NCBI GenBank assembly: GCA_965112735.1
Contig: OZ218951.1
Location: 2,666,001-2,730,000, forward strand
Length of the DNA stretch: 64,000 bases
Reading direction: 5' to 3'
DNA from: Phaeosaccion multiseriatum
Taxonomy: Eukaryota; Protista; Ochrophyta, other classes
Shown here: one piece after another, positions 11,801-21,601 of the stretch
Position numbering within the stretch: the stretch's first letter is position 1
How the letters are laid out: every line of letters begins with the position of its first letter
Notes under the pieces: generated by a model
The model's database searches: none
Seen by the model: the letters and a program-made list of their open reading frames with translations, nothing else
Told to the model about the DNA's origin: nothing
Position numbers and translations under genes: made by a program

Positions 11801-14800
11801 GAGGGAGGGAGGGAGGGAGGGAGGGAGGGAGGGAGGGAGGGAGGGAGGGAGGGAGGGAGGGAGGGAGGGAGGGAGGGAGGGAGGGAGGGAGGGAGGGAGG
11901 GAGGGAGGGAGGGAGGGAGGGAGGGAGGGAGGGAGGGAGGGAGGGAGGGAGGGAGGGAGGGAGGGAGGGAGGGAGGGAGGGAGGGAGGGAGGGAGGGAGG
12001 GAGGGAGGGAGGGAGGGAGGGAGGGAGGGAGGGAGGGAGGGAGGGAGGGAGGGAGGGAGGGAGGGAGGGAGGGAGGGAGGGAGGGAGGGAGGGAGGGAGG
12101 GAGGGAGGGAGGGAGGGAGGGAGGGAGGGAGGGAGGGAGGGAGGGAGGGAGGGAGGGAGGGAGGGAGGGAGGGAGGGAGGGAGGGAGGGAGGGAGGGAGG
12201 GAGGGAGGGAGGGAGGGAGGGAGGGAGGGAGGGAGGGAGGGAGGGAGGGAGGGAGGGAGGGAGGGAGGGAGGGAGGGAGGGAGGGAGGGAGGGAGGGAGG
12301 GAGGGAGGGAGGGAGGGAGGGAGGGAGGGAGGGAGGGAGGGAGGGAGGGAGGGAGGGAGGGAGGGAGGGAGGGAGGGAGGGAGGGAGGGAGGGAGGGAGG
12401 GAGGGAGGGAGGGAGGGAGGGAGGGAGGGAGGGAGGGAGGGAGGGAGGGAGGGAGGGAGGGAGGGAGGGAGGGAGGGAGGGAGGGAGGGAGGGAGGGAGG
12501 GAGGGAGGGAGGGAGGGAGGGAGGGAGGGAGGGAGGGAGGGAGGGAGGGAGGGAGGGAGGGAGGGAGGGAGGGAGGGAGGGAGGGAGGGAGGGAGGGAGG
12601 GAGGGAGGGAGGGAGGGAGGGAGGGAGGGAGGGAGGGAGGGAGGGAGGGAGGGAGGGAGGGAGGGAGGGAGGGAGGGAGGGAGGGAGGGAGGGAGGGAGG
12701 GAGGGAGGGAGGGAGGGAGGGAGGGAGGGAGGGAGGGAGGGAGGGAGGGAGGGAGGGAGGGAGGGAGGGAGGGAGGGAGGGAGGGAGGGAGGGAGGGAGG
12801 GAGGGAGGGAGGGAGGGAGGGAGGGAGGGAGGGAGGGAGGGAGGGAGGGAGGGAGGGAGGGAGGGAGGGAGGGAGGGAGGGAGGGAGGGAGGGAGGGAGG
12901 GAGGGAGGGAGGGAGGGAGGGAGGGAGGGAGGGAGGGAGGGAGGGAGGGAGGGAGGGAGGGAGGGAGGGAGGGAGGGAGGGAGGGAGGGAGGGAGGGAGG
13001 GAGGGAGGGAGGGAGGGAGGGAGGGAGGGAGGGAGGGAGGGAGGGAGGGAGGGAGGGAGGGAGGGAGGGAGGGAGGGAGGGAGGGAGGGAGGGAGGGAGG
13101 GAGGGAGGGAGGGAGGGAGGGAGGGAGGGAGGGAGGGAGGGAGGGAGGGAGGGAGGGAGGGAGGGAGGGAGGGAGGGAGGGAGGGAGGGAGGGAGGGAGG
13201 GAGGGAGGGAGGGAGGGAGGGAGGGAGGGAGGGAGGGAGGGAGGGAGGGAGGGAGGGAGGGAGGGAGGGAGGGAGGGAGGGAGGGAGGGAGGGAGGGAGG
13301 GAGGGAGGGAGGGAGGGAGGGAGGGAGGGAGGGAGGGAGGGAGGGAGGGAGGGAGGGAGGGAGGGAGGGAGGGAGGGAGGGAGGGAGGGAGGGAGGGAGG
13401 GAGGGAGGGAGGGAGGGAGGGAGGGAGGGAGGGAGGGAGGGAGGGAGGGAGGGAGGGAGGGAGGGAGGGAGGGAGGGAGGGAGGGAGGGAGGGAGGGAGG
13501 GAGGGAGGGAGGGAGGGAGGGAGGGAGGGAGGGAGGGAGGGAGGGAGGGAGGGAGGGAGGGAGGGAGGGAGGGAGGGAGGGAGGGAGGGAGGGAGGGAGG
13601 GAGGGAGGGAGGGAGGGAGGGAGGGAGGGAGGGAGGGAGGGAGGGAGGGAGGGAGGGAGGGAGGGAGGGAGGGAGGGAGGGAGGGAGGGAGGGAGGGAGG
13701 GAGGGAGGGAGGGAGGGAGGGAGGGAGGGAGGGAGGGAGGGAGGGAGGGAGGGAGGGAGGGAGGGAGGGAGGGAGGGAGGGAGGGAGGGAGGGAGGGAGG
13801 GAGGGAGGGAGGGAGGGAGGGAGGGAGGGAGGGAGGGAGGGAGGGAGGGAGGGAGGGAGGGAGGGAGGGAGGGAGGGAGGGAGGGAGGGAGGGAGGGAGG
13901 GAGGGAGGGAGGGAGGGAGGGAGGGAGGGAGGGAGGGAGGGAGGGAGGGAGGGAGGGAGGGAGGGAGGGAGGGAGGGAGGGAGGGAGGGAGGGAGGGAGG
14001 GAGGGAGGGAGGGAGGGAGGGAGGGAGGGAGGGAGGGAGGGAGGGAGGGAGGGAGGGAGGGAGGGAGGGAGGGAAGGAGGGAGGGAGGGAGGGAGGGAGG
14101 AGGGAGGGAGAGAGGGCACGAATAAGCTTTTGTTTGATATCTCTCTCCACAGCATCATTCTTCGAGTTGAGACGTAAAAGAGACTCCACAATGATGGTCC
14201 AACACGAATGCCCCGCTATTAAACGACAGGTATGGTCCAACACGAATGGTCCTCTTTTAACCCCCTTCGCCTCCTTCGACGTACCCATTTCGATGGTGTC
14301 GCCCATGACCGTTCCCGTGGCGTGGGCCTCGACGTAGCCCACTTCTCTCCCCTCGCACCCTGCCTGCCGCAGGGCGCTCCTCGCCAAGCTCTCTTGGGCG
14401 GCTCCCTTGGGGGCAGACAGAGAACTGCTGACGCCGTTGTGGCTGACAGCAGCCGCCTTGATTATGGCGAGGATGTTGTCCCCGTCCTTGATGGCATCCG
14501 GCAGGCACTTCAGCACGACGGCCCCGCTGCCTTCACTACGCACGTAGCCGTCCCCGGTCACGTCAAAGGATCTGCAGTGCCTGGAGGAGGATACGGGACA
14601 GGAAGGAGAATTAGGGGGGCATCAGTGGCCAAGTATGGGACGAGAATGAATAGAAAAGGCGCTTTGGAAGGAGCACTATACATCCAACAAGAGCTGCAGG
14701 AGCACACTCACCCTTCCTTCGACAGAAGCCCCGCACTGGCCAGGCCACCAAAACCTTGGCGGTGGAGCAGCAGGTTGACTCCGCCAACGACGGCAGAGCT

Positions 14801-17800
14801 GCACTGCCTCAGTTTCAGACTGTTGCACGCGTTGCTGAGGGCCACCAGGGCCGACGAACATGCTGCGTCTACGCTTTCGCATGGACCTACGAGGCCGAGT
14901 GTGTGCGAAATGCGGCCAGCGAAACATGCTCTGCTTGCCCCTGCCAATGTGTAGGCGCTGAGAGAAACGCCATCCGCGCTCTCACGCAGCAAAGCGGGCC
15001 AGTCACTCCCTGCCGCGCCCACAAACACGCCAACTCGGCGACCTTCAAGCCTGCGTCGGCCCTCGTAGCCGGCTCTGTGCAGAGCCTCGTACGCCACTTC
15101 GAGCATGATGCGCTGGTTGGGATCTTGGGCCTCCGCCTCGGCGGTGGACATGCCGAAGAATGCGTTGTCGAACGCTTCAACACCGTCGATGAAGCCACCT
15201 GCTCGCATGACGGGGAGAGGAGGAGCGTCCAAAATGGGGTGAGTGGGGCACAGAGACGGGCAAAGAAGCCCAGCAAGGCTGTTCATGCCCTGCAAGACTA
15301 ACACTTGCAAGCCTCGTGGACACAGGGTAGAAACGCACCTCTCACTCCCGCTCCCAGGCCTCGCTCAAGGGGTGCATCATTGACGCAGTCCTCCTCACTG
15401 CACAGCTTCGCCCAGAGCTCTTCCGGGCTGTTGCAGCCACCAGGGAACCGACAGGCCATCCCAATGACTGCAATATCGCCGCTGCTACCGTCAGCAGAAG
15501 GGGCCCCAGGAATGGGGCGAGGAAGTCCGTCCACGGAAGCGTCGTCCTTCTCTCCTTCTCCAAACAGGACGGTGTCCAGGTGAGCTGCGAGTAGAGCTGG
15601 TGTCGGATTGTCAAAGAAGGCATCGGCACCAATGTCAAAATCCTTGTCGCTCCCCTCTTCAGTCTTCTCGCTGCCCAGAAAGTCCTCGAGCATCACCGCC
15701 AGCTCGGCCATCATCACCGAGGTCATGCCCGCCTCCATGAAGCGGTCGTCGGCGGTCAAATCTCCATTATGCGTCACCTCTACGGCAAACTCGAGGAGCT
15801 TCTCCAAGATGATGGCCACCCTTGCCTCCCTATCGAGGCTCTCCATAGCACGCATGGCCAGACCGCCTTCTCCTCCTCCTCTCCCCTCCGGGACACCGCC
15901 TTCGACGAAGCAAGCCCTTTCCTCGGGAGCTGAGCACACGCTGGCAAGGTTCACAGGAGGAGAGTCCTGTCGGTGTGGGTCGGAGATGGGCATGACATGT
16001 GGGGTGAGACTCGACGCAGAACCCTCGGCAACCCTCACACAACTGTACTGATGAAAAGGGCTGTGAAGGGCAAGTACCAAAGCACACAGGTTGAAAAGGG
16101 CAAAGGATTGGAGAGATGGGCAAGAGACCTCCACTCCTGCTCACTCGCACCTGTGACATCGCAGTGCGGTCCTCGGTGAGCTCGTGTACCATGTGCAGCT
16201 CGCCAGCGTGAAGCGCCTGTCTCGTCGCCCGCCGTCGGATCTTGCCGCTCGTGGTCTTGGGGATGGTCTTCTGCTTGATGGCCACCACCTTCACCGCTCT
16301 GAGACCCAAGGAGGACGATAAGGCGGCTTGAGCAGCCTCCACCACTGCCTGGGCCTCGCCCTCTCGCTCTTGGCGGATCTCGAACACCACCTCCAGCACA
16401 CCGTCCCCTCCCGTCTCGTCGGAGGAGAAGGCCGCAATGCAGCCCTGCCGAACGGCACTGGAGGCCTCTTGCACAGCAAACTCCACGTCCTGCGGGTAGT
16501 GGTTGACCCCGTTGAAGATGATGAGGTCCTTGATGCGGCCGCAGATGTACAGCAAACCCTCCTCCACAAAGCCCACGTCGCCCGTCCGTAGGTACTGGCG
16601 AGGAGACAAGCTGTCGCCGCTCGTGGCCCCACTTTGAAGAGAGCACTTCGCCTGGAACACCTCCTTCGACAGCTCGGGCTTGCCCCAGTACCCGGCGGCG
16701 ACACAGGGGGAGGAGATCCAGATCTCTCCTGTGGCTGCTGCTCCGCTGACCTCGCCCATAGTTCCTCCGGGATTGACGACTCGAATGTCCATAAAGTCTG
16801 CCCTCTCGCTCGGTGAGCCGACGCTGGTGAGTTCTGGTCTCGCGGTGGATCTGTGCATAGAGTCGATCGAGCAAGCTGTGCACCACCCGACAAGGAAGCG
16901 AGGGACGTAAGACGGAATAAGAAGAATTATGGAAGCGAGGGTCGAGCGTCGTGGCCACCTCACCAGCCACCCCGAATCGGCCGGCAGATTACGTACCTAA
17001 AACCACATGCTCAGCTAAGCCGTAGGCCGACGAGAACCACCTGAGCGAAGGAGGTGACAGGAGTGTCAGGGATAGCATAGGTCGGGCGCAGCTTAACCAG
17101 GGAGAGAGCATTTCACCCTCTCGAGCCGCAACAAGCCGAGAGTGGGGAAAGAAGATAGAACTGACGAGCAGCCAGGTACTACGGAGGGTTTTTATGGTTA
17201 GAGTCACACAGTTCCCGCCTAGGCACTGCACCCTCATACCTGTCTGGGAGGCCATGGGGACGGAACGCTTCTTCGAACCTCTCAATGGTCTCTCTCCGAA
17301 TCGGCTCGGCTGAGCTGCACAAGGACACCACATGGGACAAGTCCAGCTTGGGCTCCGTGCGAGAGCCGCGCATCTTGGCCATGTAGCGGGCGCAGAGGGC
17401 GTAGGCGAAGTCGGGGGCAATGGACCAGTCCACGCGGTGCCTGGATATGAGCTCCAGCCACAGCAGGGGCCGCTTGATGAAGCTCGTGGGGGACATGTAG
17501 TGCATAGTCATGCCCGTCATGAAGGGGCCCACAAGGCCCACCACAAGGCCCATATCCTGCGGCACAGAGGGGCGTGGGGACAGTCAGTGAGCATCACAGC
17601 GGCGAGGTTGGCGTCAGATCATGCTCTTGCTTCACATACGAGGAAAGCGAACGACACCCCGCTCCATCATTGCCAAACAAGTCAAGTTATGGACCCTTCC
17701 CCCCCACCCTTGGTCCCTCTCTCTTGGCCGTGCTCAGCCTCACTCATCTCGCACTCACTCGCTCGCTCGCTCACCGAGTCACTCAATCCCTCTCTCACTC

Positions 17801-19234
17801 GCTGATTTTACTCTCTCCCTCCCTCACTCCCCTACGCACTCATTCACCCACCCACCCACTCGCTAACGCACTTACTCACGTCTTCAGTCAAGTCAGTCGG
17901 TCAGTCAACGCCCTCAGCCACTCACATGGTATTGAGGCAGCCACGAGAAACCGGTCAACGGCAAGGTGATCACTTCCTGACCGGCAACGCTCGACCCTCC
18001 CTGACCAGCCCCTCGAGGTGCATGGTCAACAGGTGCATCATGATCAGCCCAATGGGTATCCTTCTTCTCTCGCCGGGCCCACTTGATCATGCCTGTTCGG
18101 TGGCTGGTCAGGAGGTGCACGTTGGCCATGAGCGCACCGAAGGTCACCATCACGCCCTTGGGGTCACCCGTGGAGCCGCTGGTGTACTGGAGGAAGGCCA
18201 GGTCCTCTTCGGCCACGCTCAGCTCATCGAAACTCCTTGCTGACGAGGAGAACGATGAGGAGGAGAAGAAGCTCTGGAACAGCCCCCCATCCGTAGCCTT
18301 AAAGTCGAGGTCATCAGGCCACAGCTTGCGCGAGTCCGAGAGTGGATTGACCTTGTCCATATTGCGCAAAGTTGCGATGATGGAGTCGGTGAGGCACAGC
18401 ACGGGCTTGCAGTCAGTCACGATCTTGCTCATCTTTGGGAGCGACTTGGACAAGGGAGGAGCAGGCGGGTACACCATCACCGCCACCACGCCCGCTCTCA
18501 AGCAGCCCAGGAAGGCGGCGAAGAAGTGCAGCCCCGGCCCGTAGCACAGCACCACCATGGCTCCCTTGGGCACGCCCCACTCCTCACGCAGCATGTAGGC
18601 TATCTTGCCCGCCTGCGGAACCAAGGGTTGGAAGAGCGAAGCAACGTTCGCATCTTGGGCTAGTTATCACAGAGTCCACGAGTGCCGTTCTTGGGGCGTA
18701 AGGTGTAAGACTACAGCACGCCAGCAGCAGCTGAATCGGCATGAGAGAAGAAGAAAGGGCATCAACACCTCCACGGAATGTTTGTTCGTTGCTTGCTTTG
18801 CTTACCTCATCCCACATGCGTCTGAAGCTGTACCTCTCCGCCTCTTTGCCCTTGCCATCGTACCAAAAGGCAAAGGGCTTGTCGCCGAGGTCAGCAACAG
18901 CCTCATGAGCCCTCCTCAGTAGAGGAGCGAGAGAAGAAGAGGCCGCGATTCCTTCGTCGATTCCGCCTCGTTGTTCCTCCTTTTCGTCGCCTGCTGGAGA
19001 GTCTCGCTCCCACAAGACTTGCGTCACCCCCCCCATTGGAATTTCACGACGGCCTTCCTCGCCCCTGGAACCTTCATTTCCATTGGCGTGGCGGGGGAGG
19101 AGGAGGGGCTTCGTCTTCTGGCCATCCCCACCTCCTCTGCCTGCTGCTGGGCCTGTGGCGGCTGCTGCTGCTGCTGTCTCCCCGGGCGTCACTCCTCCCA
19201 GGGCATCGCCCCCTCCTCGTCCACCATGATCCAT
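1..19234 (-). CDS. Giant modular type I polyketide synthase with fatty acyl-AMP ligase loading module (FAAL-ACP-KS-ACP-KS-AT-DH-ER-KR-ACP-KS-AT-KR...), 3' end outside window
   Basis: Hand-spliced exons (minus strand): 19234-18806, 18612-17926, 17556-17240, 17040-16997, 16875-16151, 15966-15339, 15198-14712, 14580-14285, 10103-8645, 8325-2203, 2049-<1. All introns are GT-AG with consistent phases (13244 nt, >=4414 aa, no stops), and the joins rebuild motifs such as WLPQYH|DMGL, VR|GGFIDG and IEM|GALK. KS motifs D(T/A)ACSS, H(G/A)TGT and GH(L/M)EGA occur three times; AT GHSLG/HAFH twice; ACP GMTS, GLDS, GLDS. Confidence 0.95.
278..1347. repeat. Near-identical direct repeat copy A (AT domain of PKS module 3)
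   Basis: Aligns with 6557-7629 with about 34 substitutions and one 3-nt indel by hand count (about 97% identity). Confidence 0.95.
2900..9285 (-). other. PKS module 2: fully reducing KS-AT(malonyl)-DH-ER-KR-ACP (approximate bounds)
   Basis: KS DTACSS/HGTGT/GHLEGA; AT FTGQGSQ, GHSLG, HAFH; DH LKDHAVNNVVIIPG and HPAVLDNATH; ER LIHTASGGVG; KR GTYVISGGLGALG, HAAGVLDD (B-type) and GQANYAAAN; ACP LMEAGLDSL. Confidence 0.93.
6557..7629. repeat. Near-identical direct repeat copy B (AT domain of PKS module 2)
   Basis: Aligns with 278-1347. Confidence 0.95.
9350..15480 (-). other. PKS module 1: KS-ACP lacking acyltransferase and reductive domains (approximate bounds)
   Basis: DIAVIGMACRFPG...VDAACSS...EAHATGT...KTTLGHMEGA...GVNSYGVGGFNAHVIL, then only a short linker before ACP (LMEAGLDSMALVEV), all within exon 9. 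Confidence 0.88.
10391..14074 (+). repeat. Perfect (GGGA)n microsatellite, about 921 units, inside PKS intron 8 (14284-10104)
   Basis: Directly visible. Degenerate purine-rich flanks extend over about 10145-14115. Confidence 0.97.
15570..18870 (-). other. PKS loading didomain: FAAL-type adenylation domain plus ACP (approximate bounds)
   Basis: AFLGCLRAGVVAV..YPP, LAFLQYTSGSTGDPKGV (A3), SWLPQYHDMGL (A4), YGLAE (A5), YLRTGDVG (A7), GRIKDLIIFNGVNHYPQDVE (A8) and IPKTTSGKIRR (A10), followed by ACP FMEAGMTSVMMAEL. Confidence 0.9.
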
Positions 19235-19446
19235 TCTCACTTTTTGTTCCCTTAAGCACCACTAGGAGCAAGAAAGTGCAGTCTTGGCCCTGCCTGTTAT
19301 GAGAGATGAGAAAAAAAGAGAGAAAGAGGGGGTAAAAAACGTTAAAGAAACAAATGTGTGTGTGTGGGGATACGAATCGAATGTGTGTGTGTGTGTGTGG
19401 CGGAACAGAATAATTTCCAAGGGGTTTTCTGCGGCCTAACTTCCAA

Positions 19447-19482
19447 CAAGGGGTACTAATATACATATATTAGTACCCCTTG
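19447..19482. promoter_or_regulatory. Perfect 17-bp inverted repeat with 2-nt spacer about 210 bp upstream of PKS ATG
   Basis: caaggggtactaatata-ca-tatattagtaccccttg. The palindrome is certain; a regulatory role is only inferred from position. Confidence 0.4.
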
Positions 19483-20235
19483 CTTCCAAGAAGTAATGGG
19501 GGATACGAATGGCGGAAAATAGATTTCTGAAGTGGTTTTCTGCGGCCGCCCAAACTTTCTTACATAATCCATCGGGCGGTGACAACGTTCTGAGGCGACC
19601 CAGGAGCGAAACGGGGAACATGGCCCGCTGGCGAGGCTTGGCAGATCAGCCTTGGCCCTCATCATTGCCTTATTACATGGCTTTCCCCCAGAACCTGGAA
19701 CCTGGGTCGCCTCAGAACCTTGTCAGGGGCCGAGCATTCCATAGCAGACAGAGCTGGGGTCTCGAAAGTGAAAACAAACCCACAGGAGAGTGGTGTCAAG
19801 CAGTGAGAGCGAGCGAGCGATAGCAAGCAGGCCGCCTCGACCTAGCCTGGGATGGCTCTCAATCGCATGCATCCTGACGAGAACACGCCTTCCTCGCTTC
19901 CTTTGCCCTTCTTTTCTTCTTTTCAACCCCTGATGCACTGTCCGCTATCGCCGGCGCCAGCAGATCCGCTATCGAGAATGTGGGCGACAGTGCGTCAGGG
20001 GTCGATTCTTTGCCCCTCCTCCTCCTCCTCCTGGGACGTAAGCGGTGACTTCTAGAGTAGGCCAAGCCGCCCCTCACTGAGAACAAAGTGGGGAGGTGGC
20101 CTACCGCACGCACGCACATCCCAGCCTGCTGCAGTCGATGGGCCCGGCGTATCCGACCATCTCTAGAGGCCTCTGGGGGCTGCGACCCACCAACCCTGCC
20201 ACTCTCTGCTGGTCAGCCAATTTCCCGCTCTAGGC

Positions 20236-21542
20236 CTAAAAGCCAGCACAGTAGGAGGACCTGGGGCCGACATAGTGAGACGCAAAGGGGCAAGGAGAGA
20301 ACGGGGGACCTCTTGGCCATCCTAAGCAGTATGTGATGTCCCCTGTGGTGCGTCGATTTCGTCGCTTTTGATCGATCAGCTTCGTTTGCCCCGCACTGAG
20401 CCGCTCGTCTTCACTTCCATTCAGCAAGGCGTCAAGAAGCGCAGCGAGTGCTGCAGTGGCGTGGCTGTGTCGTCGTAATGGGACATCTCGCGGCCGGCCC
20501 CACACAGTTCTTGGAGTGTTGGCACACACAGGTGTGTACTTGTCGAGCTCGGCAAGACGAAGCGACAGCGCAGTCTTACTTCTCTCGGCAAGACGACCGA
20601 CAAGGAAAGAAAGTAGTGCCTTCACTTCTTGCTTCCAAACTCGGACGGCTCCGAGAAGCCACGGCGCCAGGAGTGGAGGTGCCCTGTGGTCGGCGGCTGC
20701 CACATCAGACACATCGCCTTGTGCTGTGACTATACAGCGACACGTACGAGTGTGGTTGAAGGGGGGAGGAAGAGGAAGGGGAAACTGAGCAAAGAGCGAA
20801 ACGCTGCCTCACTGATGAATGCGACTGAATTTTGATGAGGAGGGAAGGAAAGGATGAGCAAAGAGCAGCAGACGAGGGAGAACACTTGTCGCACTGCTGA
20901 GAAAGAGTTTCAGGCGCAAGCACCTACGCACCTGAGTGGAGGCATGGCGGCCCGCGTTATAGTCGTGGCTCCCGAAGTAACGCTTCTCCGCACGCTCTGA
21001 ACAAGAGGTCTTGTTGGGTGCTGCGCCGCACGTGCAATGAACTTGTTCTTGCTGTTCGCCTCCTGCCGCCGCTGCTCTGCTGTTGCTGCTGCCTCCACTG
21101 CTCCAGCGTAGGCGCGGTTGACGAGGACGAGAGGCATATACTTGGCTCCGAAGCTCATGCGCCACACGCCGTGCTGTTGGAGGCCCTCTGCCCCGACCTG
21201 GAGCATGAAGTCGTCAAGCTCTCGCGGTGTTACGCTTCTCCCCACTTGTTTCCCAACCTTTTTCGCCACCGCTTCAGCCCCAGACCAAGCGTTGGGCGTG
21301 TTGCACGATGCTAGAGCGTGACCAAGCTCTCCATGCATGAGGCTGCTGTCCACAGCCCTATCTACCCCCATGACTGCCATCGTCCTCGCTCTTCCATTGC
21401 CCATGATCTGATGATGCGGGGCAGCAAGGCCTCCCCAGTTTCTCTTTGGCCATACAGCGATGACAGGGAACTCCCCAAGAGCCCAAAGTAGAAGACAAAG
21501 CAGTGAGACAAGAAGGGAAGGGAGAGAGAGAGGATTTTCCAT
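20236..21542 (-). CDS. Hypothetical protein (probably two exons, ORFs 21542-20910 and 20712-20236)
   Basis: Two complex-composition ORFs with a donor-like AG|GTGCGT near 20931 and a pyrimidine-rich gap. No recognisable motif, and the splice phase could not be reconciled by hand. Confidence 0.3.
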
Positions 21543-21601
21543 TACTTTTAGACAAACGTGACGGTCGGCAATTTTAGAAAGAGAAGGAGAGAGAGCTAAA
21601 G

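Noticed and set aside
14193-14248. 17-bp direct repeat atggtccaacacgaatg beside the GGGA array as a TSD
   Set aside because: The copies are only about 22 bp apart and do not flank the array or any element, so this is a local micro-duplication.
10019-14337. 1200-1500 aa ORFs of (GGRE)n or (PSLP)n
   Set aside because: Artefacts of the stop-free (GGGA)n tract. The region is an intron whose removal restores KS1 (IEM|GALKAAF).
1-19234. PKS as bacterial contamination or a bacterial-style gene cluster
   Set aside because: It has ten spliceosomal introns, several with the same microsatellite style as neighbouring eukaryotic genes, and no operon-like tailoring genes are adjacent.
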